DNA from: Pecten maximus
Taxonomy: Eukaryota
Direction of reading: 5' to 3'
DNA: 64,000 nt
NCBI RefSeq assembly: GCF_902652985.1
Contig: NC_047024.1
Location: 20,522,001 to 20,586,000, forward strand
A model generated the notes under the pieces. The model did no database searches and had not been told where the DNA came from. It saw only the letters and a program-made list of their open reading frames with translations. Made by a program: the position numbers and the translations under genes. Positions 27,487 to 39,889 of the stretch are shown in pieces. Position 1 is the first letter of the stretch; every line of letters begins with the position of its first letter.

Positions 27487-30400
27487 AGTGGTTCCGAAAA
27501 ATCCACACTTAATGTTTTAGTTAAAAGTCCATTAAGAAAACATTGTTATTTCTCCGTTATCCGTGACAGAAAACAACACATTTTTATAGTTATGAAATAT
27601 ATAGGAAATGTTCATACTAAATGGAATAAGATAAAAACATATGGTCTTAGACCCCCTCCGTCAGGGTAGCTGGTAGTTCGGCGTAAGGTTTGATAGTAAA
27701 CAGTGAGTTTGTATACCTCGGCCTTTATACACTGGTAAAAATCCGGTAGTGTATACACTGTAGGGGCGACAGGTGGCGCTAATTACGAATGCACGAGCAC
27801 GTAGATAGATACTGGTGATCACCAGGGGCGTAGCTGCCTATACGCAAATTTAAAAAGAAAAAAAAGAAAAAAACAAATAAACAAACAAATAAACAAACAA
27901 ACGCTCTGTTATTTATATGAGTTTATCTACAGACAAAATATTGATGCTGTCCCTAGGTGATGGTTCTAATCAAACACTATATTTGATAAAAAAAATATCC
28001 GAAGACCTGTTTCTTTGAAAGAAGTTTCAGCTCGCCCCGCAGGAACCATCAGCATCAGGAAAAAAGTCAAAATGATACACCTGATGTAGCAAAGCTCCCT
28101 GGTGGTTGTCAGAATTGCAAAATGCGTACACTAACATTTAAGAATATGGACAAGACGACACAATTTTACCCCTTTTTGTGAATTTCCAAGTTAAGGGTCT
28201 CTTGTTTAAGTGGAAAACAAAATGGCCAACACGAGGTCATCTTGGATTTTGACAGCTGAATTTGTTATCAATATTTCTTTAAAATTGTGGACGCAAAATC
28301 CCTATGTGATCTCTTGTCTTGATCAATCAGTCTATTTGGTATTGTTCTACCTTCAAAATAGAGCAAATTATTTTCTAAATTCTCCTAATTTTCTTGTTTA
28401 TCTCTTCTACCATTCCCTTTTACAATACAGATTTTATTTATACAATACAGATTATCTCTTTTTTACTAAACAGATTATATTTTTAAATATGTCTCAAGTA
28501 CACGTATTTGCTTTATTGCAGTTAGACGTACATGTAAAACTATTTCAGGTAAAAGTAGATTTCAACTGATTCCACGAGGAAATGGGATATCTGAAAAGCT
28601 CTTTACACATATCAGAGAATCTTACTACTATATTCAGATCCGTCGTTTCTAAATTATATAGCATTGTTAGATCTCTGCTATCCCTTTAAAATGTATTATT
28701 TTATATAAGATATGTTATCACGATAATATGCCGAAACACAGTACAACATGAAATTATAATTTAACTCATTCCTTTACAATAATTATACACAACGATTTTT
28801 TTTCAAATATGTATGTGCGTATTTCACGAGACACAAATTGCATGGAAATTGTAAGAAAAAATAATCTGACACTTTCTCAATTAAAATAAGCGCCTATATC
28901 ATCTACTGTCAAACGTACATGTAATGAATTATAGCGAATCGTGAAAATTGGAGATTATATCTCATTTGCATATTTAAATTGCTCATTTAAATATGATGTA
29001 AAATTTGGGCATAGTAACATTTATGTATTTTTCTGGGTTCTGATCTAGCCCACCATCCTCCCTTTAGTGCCATTCCTATAAAGGACTGCTAACAACCGAA
29101 CACCTGGGTGAGGTCTGATTTACATATTTCTTATTGTTAACTTGTAATAAATTGTAAAACATTAACCAAAAGAAATGGTCCGGAGTTATATATGGGCATA
29201 GAGTACAAAATTCACTATTGGAATTTTCCTTACTACCAGACATTTGGTAAAATGCAGAAATTTTCAAGGAAATTGTTTTGCTTTCAAACGTTAGGTGAAC
29301 GTTACCATATGAATGCTAATGAATGTTGTTGAATATAATGAAACACAACATTCTGAACGCAGATAGACACAGTAATCTAATTTTCAAATTTACACATTTT
29401 GATATTACATATGTACCCTCTGTCTGATCTTCGATGAAATTAGTAAATTAATGTATTTTTAAATCATTAGGTTTGCACACCAACGCTGTCACGAATGTTT
29501 TGCCGTATATAGCAAGGCTGCTAAATAGTGGGATTAACGTCTCCAAACGAGACCAAGTGTGGTTTTCCTGGCTTGCCTGGGTTGTCACATGAACACAGTT
29601 CCCTTGCAGTTAAGCTTCTGAACTCTGACCCCTATCTGAGAGAGTGTCCTAGGCTCGGCTATAACCGGAACAAGGACACTAATCCTCGTCAATCAACCCC
29701 TATCTGAGTATAATGATAATCGTTATAATTCCAACTTTTAACTTACCTCTAGAACACATGTCGTGCTATGTTATGACCACCGGTACAGTTGACAGATTAA
29801 TTTATATTAAATTAAATTCAACTCTATTGGAACTTTTATAACTACAACTGTACTTTTATATATAAATGAATTTTACCTACACATACCGTCATGAAAACAT
29901 CGCCCATTGTCGTAATGATCATCCCAAAACGTCGTGTTACGGTAACGCGACTTAAATGCAAGGTTGATCTCAGGTTTTTGGTCTTGATTTCTTTCTTTTA
30001 CAGCCCTTCCCACAGAAATGGTATTGCTTTGCCCAATGGACTATGGTTATGTACATCATGTACGTATGGTTATTGAACACATATTCGGACATTATGTAAA
30101 CGTGTTCCAAGCGTGCAAAATAAGGTAAAGTCAACACAAATTATCATTCTAAATGCTGTACAAGGCTCGTCGTTTCAAGAAAACAGGACAACGTAACTAT
30201 TCGGACATCGTTAAATGACGGACTTAAATTGTCCAAACACTTAACTGTATATCATAATACGGTACTCATTTACCCCTTATTTCATTTCTCTGCATACACA
30301 TACAAAATAACTTGGCTACGTGCATGATCACAAAATCATTCGGGCCTCTCCGCAATATTTCGACAACAGACAGGTGTTCTTAATATTGTTTGACATGATT

Positions 30401-30844
30401 TACCAGTTGAAGAGTAAAAAACGTAAAGAAGGAGCACGTGTAATACACTTTCTGGCTTTCTGATTGGTCCGAAATGATTGTTTATGATTGGGCGTCCTGT
30501 TAACGAAATAAATGCCTTCTAAAAAACAATTAGTCCACCGCATCCCCTCTCTACTCCACCAACTTTCCACAAAAAACATATCAGAAAAAGATATGCTTCT
30601 ACGTGGTTATATAATGTAAAACAGTAGCAATTGTAAGCTATTCAGCTTGTAGAAATATCATATTTTCGACATTAATAGTTAAAGTCGATGCGTTCAAATT
30701 TGACTTCCGGTTATTTTGTATTTCATAAATGGAAGAAATCTGGTAACAGAGTGTTTTTGCAGTATAAACACTTTCAACTGGTGTATATGGCAAGCCAAGT
30801 TGTCATTTATTCGCGGAGCAATTTTGATCCGGTATTTTACCAAA

Positions 30845-32530
30845 TTATATAAGATATCCTTGTATGTTTATGAGATTACTTGTATGTTTATGAGATATCT
30901 TATATGATATGAGATATCTTATATGTTTATGATATATCTTATATGGTTATGAGATATCTTATATGTTTATGAGATATCTTATATGTTTATGAGATATCTG
31001 ATATGTTTATAAGATATCTTATATGTTTATGAGATATCTTATATGTTTATGAGATATATTATATGTTTATGAGATATCCTATATGTTTATGAGATATCTT
31101 ATATGTTTATGAGATATCTTATATGGTTATGAGATATCATATATGTTTATGAGATATATTATATGTTTATGAGATATCCTATATGTTTATGAGATATCTT
31201 ATATGTTTATGAGATATCTTATATGTTTATGAGATATCATATATGTTTATGAGATATATGATATGTTTATGAGATATCCTATATGTTTATGAGATATCTT
31301 ATATGTTTATGAGATATCTTATATGTTTATGAGATATCTTATATGTTTATGAGATATCTTATATGGTTATGAGATATCATATATGTTTATGAGATATATT
31401 ATATGTTTATGAGATATCCTATATGTTAATGAGATATCTTATATGTTTATAAGATATCATATATATTTATGAGATATATGATATGTTTATGAGATATATT
31501 ATATGTTTATGAGATATATTACATGTTTATGAGATATATTATTTGTTTATGAGATATATTACATGTTTATGAGATATATTATATGTTTATGAGATATATG
31601 ATATGTTTATGAGATATCCTATATGTTTATGAGATATCTTATATGTTTATGAGATATCTTATATGTTTATGAGATATATTATATGTTTATGAGATATATT
31701 ATATGTTTATGAGATATATTACATGTTTATGAGATATATTATATGTTTATGAGATATATTACATGTTTATGAGATATATTATTTGTTTATGAGATATATT
31801 ACATGTTTATGAGATATATTATATGTTTATGAGATATATTACATGTTGATAAGATATATTATATGTTTATGAGATATCTTATATGTTTATGAGATATCTT
31901 ATATGTTTATGAGATATCATATATGTTTATGAGATATCTTATATGGTTATGAGATATCATATATGTTTATGAGATATATTATATGTTTATGAGATATCCT
32001 ATATGTTAATGAGATATCTTATATGTTTATAAGATATCATATATGTTTATGAGATATATGATATGTTTATGAGATATATTATATGTTTATGAGATATATT
32101 ACATGTTTATGAGATATATTATTTGTTTATGAGATATATTACATGTTTATGAGATATATTATATGTTTATGAGATATATTATATGTTGATGAGATATATT
32201 ATATGTTTATGAGATATATTACATGTTTATGAGATATATTATATGTTTATGAGATATATTACATGTTTATGAGATATATTATTTGTTTATGAGATATATT
32301 ACATGTTTATGAGATATATTATATGTTTATGAGATATATTATTTGTTTATGAGATATATTACATGTTTATGAGATATATTATATGTTTATGAGATATATT
32401 ACATGTTGATAAGATATATTATATGTTTATGAGATATCTTATATGTTTATGAGATATCTTATATGTTTATGAGATATCTTATATGTTTATGAGATATCTA
32501 ATACACGTATGTTAATGAGATATCTTATTG
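30845..32530. repeat. 20-bp minisatellite (atatgtttatgagatatctt), ~80 copies
   Basis: Indel-free 20-bp phase over about 1.6 kb. Confidence 0.97.
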
Positions 32531-32660
32531 AAAGTTTATAAGATATCTTATATCTTTTTTAAGATATCTTATACACGAATTATAAAAGATATCTTATATA
32601 ATTTTCTTTATAATATGTCTTCTATCTTTTATGAGATATCGTATATAGTATATAAGATGT

Positions 32661-32855
32661 GGTTGTTTAACGTCCTATTAACAGCCAGGGTCATTAAGGA
32701 CGTGCCAGGTTTGGAGGTGGAGGAAAGCCGGAGTACCCGGAGAAAAACCAATGGCCTACGGTCAGTACCTGGCAACTGCCCCACGTAGGTTTCGAACTCG
32801 CAACCCAGAGGGCTAGTGATAAAATGTCGGGACACCTTAACCACTCGGCCACCGC
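32661..32855 (-). mobile_element. tRNA-derived V-type SINE, copy 1
   Basis: A box TGGCCGAGTGG, B box GTTCGAAACC, V-domain-like TTTTCTCCGGGTACTCCGGCTTTCCTCCAC; near-identical to 52854-53070. Confidence 0.88.
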
Positions 32856-33608
32856 CGAATATAATTATAAGATATCTTATATAATCATAAGATATCTTAT
32901 ATAATTTGGGTAATCCCTGGATCAACGTTGCTCCGTGAATAAATAACAACTTGGCTTGCCATAGGAGTGGATTAAAAGAAGCAGCACTTTTTCATCAAAA
33001 CACCGTGCTTACTGCGGAAAAGCGAAATTAACAAAATAAACATTTACACGGTTTTTCATACGACTCAATAAGGTAGCAACAGGTTTCATTTTGATATTAA
33101 GAGTTCACATTCCTCCTAGTGAACTTTCTTGACCTTTAACTTTCTACTAACCAAACAATGAGATTATCACGAGATCTGCGGAATTTTTCTTTTGAACATA
33201 AGATGTTGACCTCGACTCACCCGAACATTCTCGTGTTTCCATATACGGGCTGTTGACCAAATATAATGATATTTACAAAATGGATCTTGTTTACTTCAGA
33301 ATTTTGTCTGTATTCTTTTACAAAATATTGTTGTTGATATTATTTTTTAAGTGATTCAGTCATTCAATGCGATTTTCATTTTTTAACAAATGAATTAAGA
33401 TATAGATGAAAATCAATTTCATTCTACAACTGTATTGACTAGATCATGATTTAGACAAAAGTGGGTTCTAATTCAATTGATATTTAAGCTCATAATACTT
33501 GGACAAAACTCTTGTGGAAAAGAGGTGACGTATTTAAGCATAAAATGCACTGAGCACATTGATACTGGAAGTAACGTCCGAATTCAGCTGGACGCTTACA
33601 AGTAAAGC

Positions 33609-33672
33609 TAGCCCGAGTTTCCTCTGGCCCTGACACCAGACGTGGTGACAGGGCCAGAGAAAACTCGGGCTA
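33609..33672. mobile_element. Palindromic mini-MITE, copy 2
   Basis: Same sequence family; TSD not evident. Confidence 0.8.
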
Positions 33673-35419
33673 GCTTATAGCTAACAATTAATGCGAGAAT
33701 ACGAACAAAATCCGGGCGTTGTTACAGCCTGGTTAAGGCACTTCAAATTTCATTGATCCCGAGTCCATAAACATTTGATTCTGCCTTCAATCTAACCAAA
33801 CATCCATCGAGTTAGTTTGTTATCAGTGCCCTGCTACAATTTGGCGATGGGGTGAGAATTATCGCTTAGAGTCTGGACGGGTGAGTTTGTCAAAATGTCA
33901 CCGGCTGACATTATCATTGTCGAATGGTAAACACGGGTAGGTTTATTGGAAGACTTTATCGTACAGTAGGGAATTAAAATCAAATTCAGCAAACATGGGC
34001 ATGGCGTCAGGAAAGTGACATCATTAGATATCGCCTTGTTGCACAGGGACTTGGCATGAATTTCTAGCTCACTGGCCATAAATATTTACCGTAAAGGTTG
34101 GAAATTCGTACCAAATCCCTGTGTCCTGTTGGCATTCCTCGTAAGTGAGACTGGCTTTAGACCGAAGATTTCACTTTCAGACAGATTTATTATGAAATAA
34201 GTATTCTGTTAACCTGTTAAAATTGGTTATGTTGAGGCGACTAATGTGACAGTCACCACAATATCCCTCTTCATTATGTTGAGGCGACCAATTGAATTGG
34301 TGTCACTCTACCTTACTCAGGTGTGACATTTCAGTGTGACGACACTATACAATCATTCATCAGCGATCCAATCATTTGTCGACACCGTCTTAAATGACCA
34401 TAATGGAGCATACAACAATTCTAAACAAAATCAGACAAACTCCTCAGTCCATTGACCGTCAGATAAATAAGTTATCTGAAAGGTAACGATAACATAAGTA
34501 TTAAACTCGACATTTAGGAAATTTTGACACGTGAAGAAATTCCAGACAAGTAACATTGGCATTTACGTAAGTATGAACATATTGCATTACAGTATATTGA
34601 GGGTTGGAGTTCTGAAACAGGTACCCAGACCCGATTTCCTACAAGATATCTCAAATTTCTTAAGTAAGATCGGTGCCTCGATAGATTTGTCAGACAGGGT
34701 ACGTGACGGCTCTTAAATCAAAATGAAGCTGTTGAAATATCTTCGTTTTTTTGGGTTTTTGTTTTTATCTGAAAGTCTATTTCTCAAGTTCCACCCTAAG
34801 TTTTTCAGAGAGAAGTATATACTTGGCTCGGTTTTCCTATAAACATTAATCTTTCTATGAGTTACTGAGTGGATATAATCAGCTTAACCTTGTAGCATCA
34901 GTCGGTGGTAGGAGACTCATAGTTTAAAAGTGTTACGGTGTATGGATAACATATTATTTGATAATGGCTTTATCATAAATTTTATTTAAACTCCATAAAA
35001 TATACTTCATCTCGACCTCATTATCGCAGACTATGAGGAAGAAAACTACATTATATGTTGATGTCTTTGGACATCTTGGACAAATTGCCCCAACCTACCC
35101 AGGCGCGGATCCAGGAATTTGAAAAAGGGGGAGGGGGGTCCAGTAACTGTGTGTACCAAATTTTCGTTATTTCACTGTCGCTTGGCGTCTTGTTGTGGCT
35201 ACAAACGATACTATATTAACCATCACAGTTTGATTACTGTAGACTAATCAATGACCATGCCAAACCATACGTTAACACAGGGGCCTGAGATTTGTTAGCC
35301 AGGGTATATTCAGTCCTATACTAGTGTTTGTAGAGCAATTTTAGTCGTTTCAGAAAGTTGTGTTCACAAAAACAATACCTATCTCGACCCCTCGAGCTTT
35401 TGATTTATTCTATCCATAC

Positions 35420-35995
35420 CATCAGTCAAAATACACCTAGACTGTATGGCAAAGTATCAGATCCCTGTGTCCGAAACGTCTCGATATTACTCTATATACG
35501 CTAGGATATATCAAAATACACATAGATTGTATGACAAATTGTCAGGTCCCTGTGTCAGAAAGTTCTCAAAAGTACTATATACGCTAGGATATGTCAAAAT
35601 ACACATAGACTGTATGACAAATTGTCAGGTCCCTGTGTCTGAAAGGTCTCAAAAGTACGATATACGCTAGGATATATCAAAATACACCTAGTTTGTATGA
35701 CAAATTGTCAGGTCCCTGTGTGAGAAAGGTTTCAAAAGTACTATATATACGCTAGGATATATCAAAATACACATAGATTGTATGACAAATTGCCGGGTCC
35801 CTGTGTCCGAAACGTCTCAAAAGTACTTTATACCCTAGGATATATCAAAATCCACCTAGACTGTCTGACAAATTCTCAGGTCCCTGTGTCTGAAATGTCT
35901 CAAAAGTCTATTCACACTAGGATAGGTCCAATTACTGAAACGTCTCAAAAGTCAAATATACACCTAGACTGTAACAAATTCTCAGGTCACTGTGT
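35420..35995. repeat. ~83-bp tandem repeat, ~6-7 copies
   Basis: tcaaaatacacatagattgtatgacaaattgtcaggtccctgtgtc... recurs (35511, 35594, ...). Confidence 0.92.
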
Positions 35996-36415
35996 AACCT
36001 GTATAAAAATATCTTCTTCGTATCCAATCTCTGTTATGAAGGGAACCGCAATGCACTCTGGGAGATATTGCTTCGTATCTATATGACTGCATTGATGAAG
36101 ATTGAAAAGGGATTTTACTGTCGACTATAAGATTGGCGAGCAAGTCTAACAGCATAATTATTATTAAAGTGCATTTTGTAGATAATACTGCAGTGTAATG
36201 GGTAAACACAGCTACGTGCCAGAGAGTTATAAGCGGCCGCTTCACACAAGGACATGAGCACTTCCAAAAAAAAGGATACATTTTCAATTTAGAATGATAT
36301 TACGTCATCCTTTTCCTATCATATAACAGCTACATGTATAATTCATAATTGAAATAAGCATATGTTAACTTGATTTATTTCAAAGACGAATAATTAACAC
36401 ATTTCGGTCACGCAT

Positions 36416-36483
36416 TAGCACGAGTTTCCTCTGGCCCTGACATCAGACATACATGGTGTCAGGGCCAGAGGAAACTCGGGATA
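36416..36483. mobile_element. Palindromic mini-MITE, copy 3
   Basis: Same family; perfect 10-bp TSD ggtcacgcat. Confidence 0.85.
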
Positions 36484-37220
36484 GGTCACGCATATAGTGT
36501 GTATTTTTCCTCTAGTTAATATTTTCATGAACGTTGAAAGTCCTAGATTTACATGTAAATATAATGTTTTTGTATCACCCAAGAGAACTTCTATCCATTC
36601 TTTACAGTTGGTGTATAAAGGATTTTGATAAGTCAGGACAGATTCATTTGTATAGACATTGGTGACTCGTTATTTCGGACACTAATTTGTGTGAAAAGTG
36701 GAGCATCATTAGTCCGGACATTTTGTGTATATAATAGAACTCGTTATTCCGGATATTTTGTCTTTTGTATGGTTAACCACGTTTGTGTGGAGATAACGGT
36801 TTGTGTATAATGGATCTCGTTAATCAGGACACTGTGTTGTTAGGGATATTTGGTTCGTTTACAGTGAAGTACCCTAGTCCGGATTTTCCGGTTTGTGTGT
36901 ACAGGAGTCGTAAAAACGGACACGGATTATGCTGAGGTGGAACAGTGCCATTTTGGATCCAGTGGTTTGTATAGTACAACCTTGTCCTCTTAACAAGGGT
37001 TCTATTACAATTACATGATCTGTGTCCACACAATTTTGCTCGTATATCGAAATTTCCATTAGAAACACCAGAAAGAGGCTCCTCCCCGAATATTGTATTG
37101 TTTCGGGTAAAATGAATATATAAAATATTGTACATACTTTTTATAGTACATGGTTCAATGGGAGTATGTTGAGTACATCGCCTCTTCTTTCTAGCAACCT
37201 CATTCTTCCTAAAAAAAATT

Positions 37221-37555
37221 AGTGTTCGCCCGTGTGAGGTAGACTTGGGGTTCTGTCCCATGGCCGAAACTTCAAGAGTCTATACAAATTGTAGTTGCTA
37301 CTCATGTTTGGTGCTCAGTATTTTCAGGAGTTGGCCGACTGGTTTGCCCGTTGTCAGTATACTGTGACCGGGTGGTATGTCCTGCTGGGTGTCTTCGGCA
37401 GTACGCTTCAGTGAGATAGCACTATAAAGTCGACATAAACATGAATATACTGCAGTCTTTCAAACCAAACATACATTCACAACACACATGCATCTCGCAC
37501 ACTGGGGATACCGTCCTTAAATGAACTTAGCTGTTGTAAGGACGTTAAACAATAC
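37221..37555 (+). mobile_element. Degenerate Meta-type SINE
   Basis: tRNA-like head remnant, gtagttgct...tggtgctcagta (Meta-domain-like), tail ccttaaatgaacttagctgttgtaaggacgttaaac. Confidence 0.65.
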
Positions 37556-37996
37556 AAAAAGCCACATCGAATAAGATTTAGGCTGTGTTACAACAAATTT
37601 ATAAAATAACCCCTCACTACTATTTGCTTGAAAACCAGCCAAGGCCATTTGCCGAAAAACAACCGAAAGCCATGCACTGTTAGAGGATTAATGGATCAAT
37701 AATGAATCCACATTGGAACGGGAAGAAATCTTCTAAAAGTGCACAGGGATTATTAGATTATACGCAGCTCACCGTATGTAAAGGCATGTGTGAATTATAC
37801 GATAATTGCCATGTTTACGAGGAAACGAAACGACCGCATCACAGTTGCTTCCATCACAGGCGTCTGCATCTGGTTATTATTTATAGAAAAAAGTAGGAGT
37901 AGGGGTTAATATATATTTTTTCTCTATAAATAAGAACCAAATGCAGACGCCTGTGCTGTCATGTAGATTCGAGCTTCAATGTCTTTCAATGATTTG

Positions 37997-38596
37997 TGGT
38001 GGCACTTGCTTGACAAGCGGACATTTAGTGGCAATGGTTGGACAAACACTGAATTTCGTCGGCAATTGTTGGACAAACGGACTTTCGGTAGCAATGGTTG
38101 GACAAACACTGACATTCGGTGGTAAATGTTGGACAAACGGACTTCCGATGGCAATAGTTGGACAAACGGACAGTAGGTGGCAATAGTTGGACAAACGGAT
38201 GGGAGATAGCAATGGTCTAGCGATGACATTGGTTAGATAAACAGATTTACGGTGGCAATGGTTGGACAGACGGACTGTAGGTGGCAATACTTAGACAAAC
38301 GGACTGTTTGTGGCAATACTTAGACAAACGGACTTTTGTGGCAATAGTTAGACAAACGAACTGTTTGTGGCAATAGTTAGACAAACGAACTTTTTGTGGC
38401 AATAGTTAAACAAACGAACTGTTGGTGGCAATAGTTGGATAAACGGACAGTAGGTGGCAATAGTTGGATAAACGGACTGTAGGTGGCATTGGTTAGACAA
38501 ACGGACTGTAGGTGGCATTGGTTAGACAAACGGACTGTAGGTGGTATTGGTTAGACAAACGGACTGTAGGTGGTATTGGTTAGACAAACGGACTGG
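37997..38596. repeat. ~29-30-bp minisatellite (gtggcaatagttggacaaacggactgtag), ~20 copies
   Basis: Direct tandem periodicity. Confidence 0.93.
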
Positions 38597-38838
38597 AAAT
38601 TGTATATACTATTTCTAATAGAGGTATAATAATTCACTGTTACATTGGTGGATTGTAATAGACAGTAGTTAGTACAGTATATCAGGAATATTGAGAAAAT
38701 TATTTAAACTTATTTGATTACTGTGACCTTATCAAGGTCATTTACACGTACGAGCTTTAAAGTGTTCCATCCCAGGTACCTACCGACCAAAATATTAGTA
38801 AGGTGCTTTGAGTCTCCGTAAACTTGAAAATATTCTTT

Positions 38839-39889
38839 AAAACAAGAGTTGTCAGAAGACGATAGCTCGCACAGTGGGTTTAAATTCAGAATCAGTTTTT
38901 TGAAAGTAGGTCAAAGGTCACGATCAAGGTCAGCAGGTCTGTAAATGTACTACCAATGGAAATATCTTGTCACAAGATCAAACAACTTTTAAAATATCAA
39001 AGCCCTTTCTCATACGGTTAACATTATGTGGCAAAAGTTGAATGCACTCTGTCCAAGATACCCACAAGTCAATATCAGTTTCTCCTGTCTTATGAAACTC
39101 AAGAGGATTCTTGAAGGTTTTATTATAATATTGACCCCTGTGGCCTTGAAAATAGGCCAAGGACATTAACATTAGTAAACTTTATAACACTCCATCCAAA
39201 GTACTACAGGCCAAATATCAGTAGACAGGGTCATTGAGAAGATTCTTAGGAAGAAACAAATGTTTCTTTCTAACAGATCATAAAGGTTTCTAACAGGTCA
39301 AGGTTGTTGATATGAGGAAACTTTATAACACTCCATCTCAAGTACCACATGCCGAATATCGGTACCCTTGGTCATTGAGAAGTTTCTAAGGAAAATATCT
39401 TACTGGTCAAGGTCGTTTATATGAGGAAACTTTATAACACTCCATCTCAAGTACAACAGGCCAAATATCAGTACCCTGGGTCATTGAGAAGATTCTTAGG
39501 AAGAAATGAAGATTTCTAACAGGTCATAGAGGTTTCTAACAGGTCAAGGTCGTTTATATGAGAAAACTTCATAAGACTCCCTCTCAAGTACCACAGGTCA
39601 AGTATCAGTTCACTAGGTCATTGAGACGATTCTGAGGAAGAAATAACTCTTCCTTACAAGTCAAGGTCGTTTATATGAGGAACCTTTATAACAGGTACCT
39701 TAGTACCTTGGTAAATTATCAGGACCTGAGGTTTTCTGGAACTGTATAATATCCCAGGTACCTCTTAGCCAAATAGTAGTACTCATTTGCTAAAAGTTTT
39801 CTGGATGAACATAAAAGTTGACCGACATGTTGATGGATCCTTCATGATAGCATAAGTTCACCAGCACTTCATGCATTGTTAGCTAAAAA
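38839..39889. mobile_element. Helentron/HINE (pearl-like) non-autonomous element with internal ~120-140-bp degenerate repeats
   Basis: Begins aaaacaagag, ends with degenerate hairpin agttcacc...gttagctaaaaa; internal ggtcaaggtc-containing repeats. Confidence 0.6.

Larger units (their letters stand above)
30788..32961. mobile_element. Foldback-like non-autonomous DNA transposon with ~75-bp TIRs, TA flanks, an internal 20-bp satellite and a nested SINE
   Basis: ta|tggcaagccaagttgtcatttattcgcggagcaa... versus ...ttgctccgtgaataaataacaacttggcttgcca|ta. Confidence 0.85.

Noticed and set aside
27765-27781. CTCF-like motif gcgacaggtggcgct upstream of the GTPase exon
   Set aside because: 5' half mismatches the consensus; a single weak hit
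20319-33645. Shared ACACCAGAC 9-mer among the 15-bp satellite, the 35-bp repeat and the mini-MITE loop
   Set aside because: Too short to establish common origin; no extended alignment
36824-37261. 145-aa minus-strand ORF
   Set aside because: Starts within a SINE remnant; no domain or splice support
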